DNA of 64,000 nt from Hyphochytrium catenoides (lineage: Eukaryota; Protista; Hyphochytriomycota), in the NCBI GenBank assembly GCA_900088475.1, contig FLMG01001983.1, forward strand, positions 54,116 to 118,115, given 5' to 3'. Under the pieces are notes generated by a model, which did no database searches, was not told the DNA's origin, and saw nothing but the letters and a program-made list of their open reading frames with translations. The translations under genes and the position numbers were made by a program. Below are positions 51,812-64,000 of the stretch, piece after piece (position 1 is the stretch's first letter; the number at the start of each line of letters is the position of its first letter).

Positions 51812-54800
51812 TTAGCCGTAGAGAAGCGGAGGAGGTGAGAGCAGAGGCGTGATGGCTGTCCGGGATCTCAGTCGCGCAAGAATCTTAGCCTGTAAGGCCT
51901 CAATGTCATCCTCTAGCCAACGGGCCTCCTCCGCCTTCCCTCCCTTGTCTTCCTGTCGTTGTCTCACTCTGCCTTGTGCTTCTCTTGATAGATGAGGAGT
52001 TGCCCTAGAAGCAAGAGGACGAGGTCTTTCCGCAAACTCTGGGCCTGGAGGCGGATCCCTAAGGCCTAGAGGACCAAGAGTCGAGTCATAAAGAAAGTAA
52101 GAACTCGGCAAGCATAGCTAAGCAGGTGTTGGCCATCAGGGGACCGTCTTCGTTACCAAGGCCAAAAAAAGTAACTTGCTTGAGGTTAAGCAAAGAGACC
52201 ATTATCTGCACCTTTCAACGTACCGAAGACTGTGTTCATCGCTGTAGCGGTAAGCTCCGCATCCTGCTGTCGATAGAGCTTGAGCTCAGCCCTGAAGAGG
52301 ATGCATCCGGCAGCAGAAGCACATATGAGACAAACAGCTGGGGCTAATGCGCCGGGCCTTCAGGACAATAAATTGATCCACCTAGAATAGTGAGCTAATC
52401 TCATAGAGAAAAGCTAATAAAAAAAGCCAATATAACGTTGAGCTTAGTTGGTCTTACCGCTGTCTCTCGATTTCTTGCGCCTGTGCATCAATCACCAGCT
52501 CCGCATCGGCTAGCCGACGAAGTAGTCCCTTTGCCTCTGCTTCGAGCGTATTGCATCTCTCACTAGTTTCCTTAAGCTTTCCGGCATAAAGGAGAGCCGA
52601 AGAGTTGACAACCGAAAGTTTAGGGCCTCGGCCGCGGGAGCAGGGAACGGATGCGAAAGAATCAACCTGTTTTTCATTCTCTTTGTCAGCGTCTTCGACT
52701 TCTTTCCGATGCCCTGCGGCCCAAATGTCCCAGTCCTCAAGTGTCTTCCTTAGGACTTGGGCTTGCTCCTCGAGCTCCTGGATCTTTGCAGCGCTATGGC
52801 TCTCCTTCTGCTCCATCTGGCGTGAGGCAAGCGAAAAAGGTTGTGGTTAGCATTTGCATCACCAGTATGAAACTAAACGCTAACTTCTATGCTATGCCTT
52901 CATTCATCTCTACATACGGCTTGCTTTTTTCAGATCTGTCTGCTCGTCCGTCTGTGCCTTCTCTATCTTTCCTCCTCCTCTTTATCTGAACAGAAACCTC
53001 CCTCAACAAGTATCAAAGAAGAGCCCAGGCACATGGATGTACAGATGGGAGGCTACTGAATGACGGCGCCTTACTTGCTGATAGAGTTCTGCAACTTCTA
53101 ATCTGCTTTCCTCGGCCTCTTTCTTCCGCTTGGAGAGTTCGTCCCTCAGTCTCAAGAGCTCTCCTTCCTCACTGGCGCGCTCCCTCCTTAGCTCCTTCAA
53201 GCCAATCAATTATCGGCGAAAGACGGAGATGGGAGAAGAAAAAAGCGACAAGCTTGTCGATTAGCACGCGGTCCAACTAGCAGAGAGGCATCACAACTTA
53301 GAGAGAAAACGTCGCAAGGGGTCTCAAAGCATGTAACAAAGAAGGTTGTCGGCGTTTACCTCCATCCTCTGAAGCAACAGTTCGACTTGCTGCTCTTCGA
53401 CAGCAGCAAAGCCCGAAGCTTCCTGCTCTTCCTGCTTTTTATTCTTGTCTATTAGCTGTAGTCTCCGCCGGACCTCTGCTAGCTCAACCCCCTGTTCAAG
53501 TGGAAAGTCAAAGGGAGATAAGCCCTTCATCCCTTCTTGGCGGAGGGTTGAAGCCTCATAATCTCAGTCAGCCCATGTAAGGAACCAGCGCGAACAGTCT
53601 CAGAACCTGGCAGTCACCCAAACATTCCCGCTGATGGAGATTGACTCCGCGATCTACCTGTTCACGGATCTGAAGTCTTAAGTTGCTCTCTATAGCAACG
53701 CCATCATCTACGGCCCGCTGGCATGCACGAAGCTGAGCCTCTTTCCTTTCAACCAACGCCTATTCAAAAGATGTGATGGGACACATTCAGAAAAAGGCAG
53801 CACAAGAGTAGGTAGGAAGGAGATGTGCTGAGAGAGCATACTGACGCCTAGATTGCGCCAGAATAAAACGCAGAACAAAAGCTAGTACTACCCCAATTCA
53901 AGGGAAGAGAAGGGCACAAGGAATGAATGGCAGCAGAGCCAGGAATGGTCAGAGTGGCTACCTGCAGCTCATTGAGGTCAGTACTACTCTCCCGTAAGGA
54001 AGCCATAAGCCTTGCATTATCCTCTTCTAACTTTTTAATCCTCTCGCTCTGGCTAGATGACACGAACAATGCATTCGGGCACGCCAGTTCAGATCGACAC
54101 CATCTCCTCCAGCTTTGAGCCATAACTCTGATGTAACCTGCCGCAGCTTCTTAGTTCTCTCAAGGCACTCTTCGTCGTGTGAGATACACACTGCCCATTC
54201 CATCAACCAATTAGACCAACCCTGGCAGACAGACTCTTCGTGGACAGAGAGGAGCGCGAAGGATACATCCTCAGCTTCAAATCTGGCTCTTTCAATAAGA
54301 TGAATGCCACATCTCTGCCGATATATTCCTTGATCTATTATCTAACTTTTCCCCCTCTATTCTCACCTTTGTTTAGAGCTATGCACAGCGTTCGAGTTGC
54401 GCGCCGTTTTGCGTTGGCTTGTTCTTTCCATCGAGCGATAGAGAACAGTAGCCTCTGTCTTCTTTTCCTCAATTGAAGCTCTAGAAACCGAATCTCCAGC
54501 CTTTGCTGCTGCCGTCTAGCCTGCAGAAGGGCACAACGTGTCATTCACCTTACGTGAGGTGCCTAGAGAAGTTGAGGTGGACGGACGACGAAGGTGAGAG
54601 AGACAGTCTTGCCTGTCTCCAGGCCTTAAACACTTTTCTTGATAGCAGTCTTTTGTGAAACTCATCCGCTTTATGTCTCGATATCACATCCCGTCCCGCT
54701 TCAACGGTGCGATAAAGCCACAAACGGAGGTAGTCGCGCATCCGGTTCTCTCTAAGGTAGGCCTACAGATTTATCCGAGCGACAGAAGGGAGACACATTG

Positions 54801-57800
54801 GGGAGAGGAGAAGTTTCTGTTAGCCCTGTATATGTAACCTGGATGCTCGGGACTCCTCGTGCAAAAGTATTAGAGAGTCCTTGTAGACCAAGAAAGGGAC
54901 TTTAGCGCTAGGGTGTGCTAAGGAAATTTGAGAAAAGAGGGCATTAAATGGCAAGAAGGCAAGAAAAGATGTAGCAGCTGATGAAAGAGGAATCGACGGA
55001 CCAGACAGCAGTGGTAATGAGGAGCAGCAAGGCCTTCATACTACCTTTGCAGCCTTCATCGCTTTGCTTTTTGCGATTGCCATCCTCCACCGTAAAAAGG
55101 GTCTTCGAAGGACCATCGCCCTCGAGATTTCGAACCGATGGTGCTTAACGCGTCCGGAAATTGGAACAGGAGGGCTAGTGTAGGATGGCAAGCCCTTTGC
55201 TGCCTGACCGCCAGTTGAGCCAGTGGAGCGGTGAGAAAGCAGGGAAGAAGGGTGAGAGGAGCAGCACCGTGGATTCACAATAGCGTTACACGCAAGAAAC
55301 ACGTCACAGCTCTATCGGAAGCAAAAGAGGTGCAGGGCTTTGTTCACCTTCCATGCCGTGAACGCTGTCCGCTGCAGCCTCATGGCATAGAAGCGCAGAG
55401 CAACGTTTAGCATCGAGGCCTCCAGTCTGCGGCAGCCAGTAAACAGTTTCCATCTACACAAAGTAAAGTGGGATCAGACGTCAAAGAGTTAGATACAGAG
55501 AGAATAAGAGAGAACGGCAGAAAGGAAAATAATAAGGTAGCAAGAGAATACATAGAGCTGAAGATGGGAAATGAAGGAGGTACAACCAGGAGGGGAATAA
55601 GAGCTAGACTTCGGGTTTAAGAGGTACACTTGGCATGGATGGACCGTTGGGCTCAGGCTTTGCCATTCGATCACAACGGGCAAAGGAGGGAACGTGAGTG
55701 CAAGAGTGAGAGAAAGGGAGGATGAGAACGCCACTAAAACATTGTAGCAATAGGCGACTCCGACTCTGAAAACCAGGAGATTAAATAATTGCGAGACAAC
55801 AGAGGCAGAATCTTGAGCTTCAGAGATGTAGAACTCAACACCGTTACACTTCAAACGGTAACGCCAGAAGCAGGAGAACTCATTATAAGAGTCCAGCTGT
55901 GGAGAGGTCTATACCTCTGTATGCAGTAAACTGCCGCCTCTCTGTTTCTCCTCCTTTCTGCTGCTCTTCGAAAGATGCAGATCAGCGTCTGATGGTACCA
56001 CCGAGTCAGGATGTGCAACTGCGCCTCACGTCTTCTCCTCCTTTCTGCCCGCCTTCTAAATCTTTGAAGTCTAGAAGTATTGTGCCACTCCGAGAAAGCA
56101 GCCCTAAGGACGCGCACGGAAACCTTCCAATGTAAGGAGTAAGAGCCACAGAAACGGAGAGTAAAATAGCACATGGCAGAACAGGTAAGTGAAGCGAGGT
56201 AGGATGGTTCTCCGAATGACAAAGAAGAGGGTGAACACCAAGCAGGTTCTTTAGACTTACTCTAGCGTGAACCTGCGTCACTTTTCTCATTTGCTCGGTG
56301 TAACGTCTCCAAGCTCGAAAGGCTCTTCGCAGCCGATTTTTGGCGCCATAGAGCTGGAGCTCACCCTGCACCCAGTGATTTGAGAGAGAAAGATGATGGG
56401 ATGAGGAGCACCGTTAGATTTAGATGCTGGCATGCAGAGATCCTGGGCGTCAGAGCGAACCTGCAATGTCTTGCCAAGATAGACGCCATCCACGGAGTAG
56501 TCAACTTCCACATCTCTCGAGCTTAGTCTGCTTTGCCTGGTTCTCTTTAGTGCTCCTTTGAGATCCCTGCAAAGTTGGAAGTATGATCACTTAGATATAC
56601 ACGGGCTAAGATCATGCCAGGAAGGAGATGGGCAAGGGTCGACGCAAATGTATTGATGGCTTGGATGTATTCTCCATCAAAACAGAGGTAGCTCTTACCT
56701 GCACTGATCCCCAAGGAAACGTATCTTCTCCTGATACTCCTCCTCTTTCTCTTTCATAGCACTGCTCATACTTTGCAAAGCATACTCCAGGTCTTTTCTC
56801 TCCTTCCTGTCCTTCTCTGTTTCTAACTAGAGGGAGTATTAGCCCAGAGTCCAGTCAAGTGGTAAATGATCGATGATGAAGGTGAGTGATCTACTAGGTA
56901 ATAGGTCCATGAGCCGAAATGTCGATAAAATGCGGAAACTTCATATCAAGGATAGAATCCGTCCTGACCTGTAAGTGCTGTTGCATACTCTCAAGATGCA
57001 CGCGCAATTGTCGGACGATTTCATTCTCCTCTGACGGATTGGAGACCGAGACCACATGCGGAGGTGAAGCAGCTTGTGTGTTTCCGACTGGAGTTGAGGA
57101 AAAGTCACTTAGTGACAAGACCGGTAAGAGAGTTAAAAAAAAGCAACACTGAGGCTAAGCGACACCAACCAACAAACAAATCGTCCATTGCTCTCTCTTG
57201 TTTACCTTGCCCTCCGTTTTCGGTGGGTCCCCATCCTGTGGACGGTTGCAAGCGTTCCTTCACGGTCGCAGTTACACCTGAAGTGACAGAGGCAGGCAGG
57301 ACGTTTCTCCGATCACGAGAACGGGTAGGGGATATCGACGACTGTGGTAGAAGCAGGAAGGCTGACGCAGCCTTAGAAGAGGTAGAATGCTGGGCATTCC
57401 ACCCTACTCTAGACGACTCTGTATCTGCAGTGGTTTCCTCACTTTCCTCTGCTAAAGACTTTTCTTGGCGTAGCTCGGACTGCAAAGACTCTGAACTCGC
57501 CTGAGACCGGCGTTCCCTCGAACCACGGTTAGTTCGTGGATCAGAGAGTGAGCCCAAGCTGTCAATTGATCCGGACGACTAACTCGAGCAAGCCCGTTTT
57601 CAGATGTCGGAGATGCAGAGACTTTGACCCAAAGCGCTGGAGGCGTAATGGAAGTGGAAGCGACAGGAGGACGTGCGTCTGCATCAAGTAAAGAGTCAAC
57701 GGGAGCTATGGGAGCTGTATAAGGTACAGGGCATGAAGCGGCGCCTGATTTTTGGGTCGTTTTCTCTGAGGGTCGCAGCCTAGAGCTGCTTAAGGAGTGA

Positions 57801-60800
57801 CTCTCAGTTCTACATTCTTTTAGTTGCCGTTGGTCCTTAGCCAAACTTGAGGAAGACCTGAGCGTTACGGTTCGACTCGTTATGGCTTTGGAGTTTGAAC
57901 CATGGCTCTTGCGTCTCACGTCTAGCGAGGAAGGTCCAAAATTTAGAAAGACTGCGAAACGAGCAAACGAAATGGATGACGCAGAATGACGGGCATCGTA
58001 TAGAAAGAAGTTAAAGAGTTCGTATGCTTATCGCTCTCACCTTTCTCGAATTGCTCAAGATACTTAAGGTAGCCTTGGCTTCCCCTGCTGCTTCTTCCTC
58101 CTCCCGAGCTCTTCCTTTCTAAGTGTTCCTCCGAGAGGGTGGGTGCATTCGAATTATGGCCACCCCTGCCCTTTACTGAGGCGTCGTCCCCTACCTCACT
58201 CTGCCTACTTGACTGGCTCCGAGCTTGTCCTTGCCTGCCTTTCTGATTTGAACTGCCACGTGGAAGAGGCAGCGACCGGGCAGAGGCAGAGGATGAGCGA
58301 AAGTTGTACCGATGAAGAGCTTCTGCTAATGTGTGGCCGCCCGGTAGATCGAGATAGAGCTCTTCAGACTGTACCGCAGGCTGGTGGAAGAATCATACGT
58401 AAAGGGAGAGAGACATAGAAGCTGCCGCTGTAAGGCTTGAACTTGATAGGGTAGTAACTGTCCGTATGCGTTGAGACTCACCTTTGTGACTTTTGGCCCA
58501 GTATTTGTGGCAAATGAGCCTTCCCCTGCCTAGATTAAACGTCAGTCGGGAAGCTTTCATTAGCTAGGCATGCTAACTAACCCACAAGCAAAAGCAAACA
58601 TGCCCGCGTAGTACAGGAGTGCAGGGTTAAGTTGGGAGATTGGAGCTCCAAGTTTCATAGTAAGCGACTCCTACTATACCTTGGAAGACCTTGACCCAGT
58701 GAAAGACGGCGCTCTCGTTGAGCTTTGGCTATCTCTTTTCATTAGTTCTCCCTTGGTAACCAGAGAGGCATCTTGGTCTGGGTCCTGTTGTTGTGCGGGC
58801 AGAAAGCCGCGAAGACTGCCAAGCCGTACATGCAAAAGTTTGAATGAGGCCAGACATAAGAGTACACAGCCCGCCAGAGAAGAGGAACCCGCGAAGCTCA
58901 GAAGAGACTGCTGCGAATGACCCGAGCAAACAGTCGAGGAGTGTCACGGTTTCTTGCAAAGTAGAGAGCGAGACTGAGTGAGAGTGATTTGCAGTCCCAT
59001 CAGTTCACAGACAATAAACTGTATTTGGACCTGGGAGAAAGAACGTCCGGAGTGTCTTGAGGGACAATAGCAACAATAATGCGGCTGCTTTGTACCTGCT
59101 ACTGCTTTCCGCTACAGTGAGGTTGCCGGACCGCTCCTGCGATCCGTCTTCTCTTCCCCCTCCCTTCTTCATCCTTGCAAGCACATGGACAGTTCTTTGA
59201 TAGTCCTCTCGCACCTTCTGATGCTCTGCATGGGTTTCCTTAGACCTTTCCTCCTGCTCCTCCCTGGACACCCAAACCTCAGTTTAGCAGAAGCCATAAC
59301 ATGATCGCAAGCAGGTGAGCAGGCAGTTCGGAGAGAGCAGAAACGATCAGCAGTATAGCGGTAAACTAGTGAGCAGAGTGCAACAAGAGGAGCTTGTAGC
59401 AACAGACATGGACAATTCATGGAGGTTAGCTTGAAAGTAATTTACCGTTCCCTCGCAATGACTCTTAGCGGGTCTCTACTTCGGAGGCTTCTCTCTCTCT
59501 CAGCCTGCCGTTGGACTAGAAGATCAATATCTCCTAATAAGTGAGACCAGTGTTAGACAGTGAAAAGTTTTAAGGTGGGGAGAAGCGGAAACAAGTGCCA
59601 TGTCCCGAAAGGCCCAAGGAAGGGAGAAAGGATGGCTTACCCAGGAGATAGACAATTTTGCTCTGTTGCTCTGAGATGGACTTCGAGTAGGCATCTTCCC
59701 AAGAGGCAGACTTTCCGCCTTGAGTCGTCTATGAGAGGGTAGGAGTGTTAGCCTCGGGTAGAATGGCCCATATTGACCCGATATGACGCCTACAACTGTG
59801 GTAAAGTAATAAAGCCTGATCAGGCGGTTTGCAGAAGAGCTGAGGCCATTGGGCCATCATTGAACGGCAACGGGAAGCGCGGAAGTCTGAGCCATCAAAA
59901 GTATCCCCAAATGGGAAGTGAGGGACCTGTCTATGCATAGCGTATATCCTCTCTCTCATTCGTTTCAAGACACCTGCTCTCTCGTGTTCGAGAAGCGGTT
60001 TTAAGCTCCAAAGGGACAGCAGTCTGGACCGATGGAATAGAGGCGTTGAGTAGAGTGTTTTGATACCAGAGGAAGAAGCGGCTGCGTGCATTGCAAACGA
60101 TGGGAGCTAAAGGCGGGGTGCTCGGTATACGGTTGATTGGAGATCATGAAAAGGCGAAATAACCACAACGGGAAAGTATAGTCTTAAAAATCGAGAGGAA
60201 GGCTTCGGATGTCAGATGTTCCTTTCCAGAGTAAAAGGCAACAACGGACAGGAGTCGAAAGGCCGTACGCTTACTTTTCCGCATCAAACACAAATCTGGG
60301 CGGTATCGCCAGGTCCGCTCTAGAAAGGAATCTGCTACTGCAGAAGACATCTTTTAACTCCACAGATATGCTAAGATATTGAATGCACCTGACACGGGTG
60401 ATAAGCGAGAGAAGGATGAGTAATAAGAACTTCAGTCGTCCTGGGCAGAGCAACACGGTTCCTGTTCAGGATAACACAAGGCAGGCGGCATCAACTTACT
60501 TCTCGAGCTTTTGAATGTAGCAGTAGTTATTAAAGAGAACAGCCTGCAAACGCAATTCCCTCTGTGCAGCCGCAGGAGCCTGGTCGAGCTCATTCTGGGT
60601 CACTGCCTGCATATGCAACTTGTTAGCCATCGCGTATGTCCTTAACTTATTGCGCTCACACATAGTCCTCCTTCTTCTATCCTCAAGGTCAAAACTCCCT
60701 CCTTTGAAAGTTCCCTTTGCCCGAAGATTATGGTTCCCGATCGCATCCATTGGTCTCCACTTTTGCATTCTTTTCTCCATCACCAGACTTAAGCAGAAAG

Positions 60801-62022
60801 TCTTACCTTGTTATCCAGAGTCTTGAGGTTTGGCAGCAAGTTGAGCGCCAGGAGTCGATAGTTTGGCATTCTCGCGGCAGGGTTACCCTCGAAAATGAGG
60901 GCATCCAGTAAGGGAAGAGATTGAAGCGACTTAAGCACGTCAATCTCTGCGAGAAGATTATCAGCAACAGAAAGACAGCGCAGGTGCTGGAACTGCTCTA
61001 AGCCGTGAAGCGTTGTGAGCCTGATCGTAAGATAACGAGAATGGGCGGTTAGTGATTAGGGGAAATCTCTCAAAGGAAGGAGAGAAGTTGTAGAAGAGAA
61101 CAGTGTCATGCAGGTTCAGAGATTACAACGGAGCCGCGCGCGCCGCCAGGAACAGGAGAGATTCTAGCTCAATAAGCAGAGACTTTGGTAAGTAAGGAGG
61201 TACATACTACCGACCGAGAGCTCTAAGGCTGACATAGAGAATGAAGGTTTGACAGAGTAGCAGGGGAGAAAGATGCAAGAGAGAGAAAAGAGAACGGACA
61301 TGAGGGACGGAGACGCCTAGGTCGTTCGGCTACTTCGATAATTCTCCATACCGGTTATGACTCAAATACAGAGTCTCCGTCAGCTCTCTGACTGCAGGAG
61401 GAGCAATGTCTATCTCAGAAATTTCCTTGGAGACTAGATTCACTCTGGAACCGCTGACAGCGAGCGGACTTTCCAGCAGCGCTTGAGAGAGCTTGCACCC
61501 CACGAGAGATTGAATTTCCTTTCGCCTTTGCTGAGAGAGACGCCTGGGAGCCTGACTTCTGGAAGTCCTCCTTCTCTCCCCTCCTGGGCCATGCTGTCCG
61601 CGACCGGTCTTTCCGAAACGCCTAGGAGACTGAGACCTTGAAGGGCTCTCCGAACGAGCTCTTAAGCCAAAGGGCCTGGGACCAGCGGGGGCCGAACGGG
61701 CAGATTTTGCTGTAGAAGGCCGAGAAGAGGAAGACTTTGAAAAGGAGACAGGCCTTGAATCGACTGTTCTTGATATCGAGACATCGGGTTCGGAGAGCGT
61801 GTTCGGTACTCCAAACCTCCTTATGAGCTCCTCGTAGAGTTCTACCGACTCTTCACCCTTGCCAGATGGTCGATGAGAACCAAAGTGTCGGCCAGCTCTC
61901 CTACCCGCTGCCTGTGCCGTAGCAGTGGGCCTGTAGTCTGGGCCAGGGTCTGTGCAGTGGCTGGCGCCAGATCTCCGCCGACTCAGCTCCAGGTAGCTCC
62001 CTCCAAGACCACGGGTACTCAT
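51812..62022 (-). CDS. Large intron-rich gene (~25 exons): SDS22-type LRRs with LRR cap, disordered linker, Sfi1-like repeats and C-terminal coiled coil; putative centriole/basal-body protein
   Basis: LYLSHNR|LTTLHGLEQFQHLRCLSVADNLL...LIFEGNPAARMPNYRLLALNLLPNLKTLDNK (LRR + cap); Trp-ending repeats LRRAFRAW, LRAAFSEW, LHILTRW, QRTAFTAW, LRRPFLRW, RDYLRLW, SRKVFKAW, LFSIARW; Glu/Lys/Arg heptads in 52.2-54.1 kb. Exons could be joined in phase from 62022 to the stop at 51812. Confidence 0.72.
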
Positions 62023-62800
62023 CGCGACAATAAGTGCTTGTGTCTTCTTGCACTTTCTAAGCTTTTACCATCTTTCATGACCCTCTATCCGAACACCCAG
62101 TCGGTCCGATAAACAAACCGCCTGGGAAGCGGGATTGCATCTAGCGCCAATGCAACACTGAGCAAGCAAGCGGTCCTTCGCATGCTTCTTGGAACCAACT
62201 CGGCGCCATCGCCCTTGAAGAGCTTCCACTTAGGAGCTTTTGGCGCATGTAGGTGGCAAACATAGGTCAACTCTTGACGCAAAGCCGTACGTAGCCTGCT
62301 CCAACGGGCAGCAGCAGGCTCCCCACCTTGAGCTGCGTAATCTCTCCTGACTTATAGAGCGATCGTTCTCCATGGTGCTACGATTCTCATCGCTCATGAC
62401 CAACGCGGAGGCAAGAAACTCCAGTTTTCGAATTTTGCGTCTTGCAAGGCTGCAAACTTCACTTTGCGTTGACTAAACGTCAGGTATTATGTTTCTGGAC
62501 AAGGGCAGTGGCACTGTACAAAGAAGCATATGTGACAGTAATTATGAAGTTTACGTGAATATGAGGAGATATAGATCTTTATTCACAGTGTCAAGAATGG
62601 TAGCATGAAGAGTAACCTGGACTCCCATCGTCTACGGGCTTTGCAGACCTCATCTCGCCGCGTATCGATAGGCTCGCCGGGCAAGTTGAGGTGGGTTTGG
62701 AGAGCTAGGGAGAGATATCTCTGTCAACGAAAGCGGCAAAGTGATCCACCAAACAGCATCGCGCCAACACGATCCAGCCCAAACACGAAACTAGCGAACA

Positions 62801-62899
62801 ATGGCGCTTGATGCCTGTTATCGACTAGCAAGGTGACTGGAGGGTCCCTCAGATAGATGCTCTCAAGCTTGCTAGTCGACAACAGGCATCAAGGGCCAT
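62801..62899. ncRNA. Long near-perfect hairpin (pre-miRNA-like or inverted repeat), candidate only
   Basis: 62807-62832 cttgatgcctgttatcgactagcaag is the reverse complement of 62868-62893 at 25/26 positions. After one mismatch it extends by atggc/gccat; the spacer is 35 nt. The inverted repeat is certain; RNA function is hypothetical. Confidence 0.4.
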
Positions 62900-62987
62900 G
62901 GCAGAAAGACAGCTTCAACCCACTTCGGAGATAAGGAGAAGCACTAGCGTGGATAGATAATTATGGAGCAGGGAAACGTCTTTGGGG

Positions 62988-63040
62988 ATGTTCTGCTTCG
63001 TCGATAGCCTAATGTTCTGCTTCGTTGACGGTCTAATGTT
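62988..63040. repeat. 24-bp tandem repeat, about 2.2 copies
   Basis: atgttctgcttcgtcgatagccta / atgttctgcttcgttgacggtcta / atgtt; four transition differences. Confidence 0.9.
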
Positions 63041-64000
63041 GCAGGAGTCCCGTTTGAGTTTGTCTTTGCTCTCAGCTGCCCTTCCCATGTGCTTGTCCCA
63101 CTTTCTTCATTTGGTCTTCCATGCTTTGCCCTTGGCTCGCGATTTGTCCTTGCCCTGCAGTCACTCCCATACCAAGACCGCCTTCTTTCTCATTCTACGC
63201 CTCATCGCTATGTCTGCCGTGATTCTCTGCTCTCCAAACAATAGTCCGCGGTCTTCTCCTCCTCCTCTTCGAGACCTTATTGGCTACTGTTCCAGAGTCA
63301 ATGCCCGCTGTAAGGAGCAGCAGCTCCTGGTTACCGTTCAAGAGGTCTATCGTCGAATGAGAAATCTGCGATAGCAAAGCGACCTATACTCTCCGCCCTC
63401 AACTCCTGCTAACTCGGCCCGGAGGTTGACGCATATGAGCGGGCTCAAGTAGCAACAACATCAAACAATCTTGAAGGAGACACTTCAAGAAGAACAAAAG
63501 CCTAGCGACAACGAGCTCAAGCTGAAGTTAGGTTTAAACACTTATTCCCAAAGGCGCCAAAAGCTCAGATGAGGAGAATTAGACAGAGAGAACAGACAGA
63601 GCACAAGGGAGAGTCTTGCCATCGCTCAAGCTAGACGGTCCTTCGCATTCGACTCATCTCTTATTAGTGAATGGGGTAAGAGATAATTTCCCTTCAATTG
63701 GTCGGTGGTTGGCTCGGGCCGGAGATTGAAGAGGTAAAATGAAAGAGACACTGTGCACTCACGGCGTCTCTCTTCTGTTGTCATCTTCCCACCTTATGGC
63801 TGATATTGTCCATCAAGAACGAAGATAGTCGCCACATCTTTGGCGCGTTCACTCTTTCCTTATTGATTTCTTCTATTTTTAACAACAGTTATCTGAGTCA
63901 ACTACAACAAGACCGGGGGCAGATTTTCAAACTGAATTATCCGGAACATTGAGTGCCTTTATGCCGTATACACCGCCTGATTCCCTATCATATGACGAAT

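Noticed and set aside
62982-63377. 130-aa + ORF and overlapping short - ORFs
   Set aside because: No recognisable domain or supportable exon chain, and the tandem-repeat substitutions fit either strand. Coding status is unsupported but not excluded.

Overview
This is a compact, intron-containing eukaryotic window in the standard genetic code, with mostly 55-400 nt GT-AG introns and three N gaps. From memory the ATG8 and AP-4 epsilon sequences look oomycete-like, so a stramenopile near oomycetes is my inference, not a database result. I traced 12 protein-coding genes by hand: an orphan with an 860-codon open frame that runs off the left edge and is absent from the ORF track (-), AP-4 epsilon (+), an ARM-like hypothetical (-), a NIPA-type Mg2+ transporter (+), intronless SMC3 (-), a Kizuna-like coiled-coil protein (+), NOT1 (-), WDR6/Trm734 (+), ATG8 (-), a ~1386 aa protein with seven ~4-TM repeats plus an F-box (+), an EndoG/EXOG nuclease (-), and an LRR + Sfi1-like + coiled-coil gene (-). 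The first 11 genes alternate strand strictly. The most novel candidates are the polytopic membrane F-box protein and a pair of long hairpins at 62.6-62.9 kb, one pre-miRNA-like, in otherwise non-coding DNA divergent from the LRR gene. I found no tRNA, rRNA, CRISPR array or autonomous transposon. All exon structures are manual inferences without RNA data.
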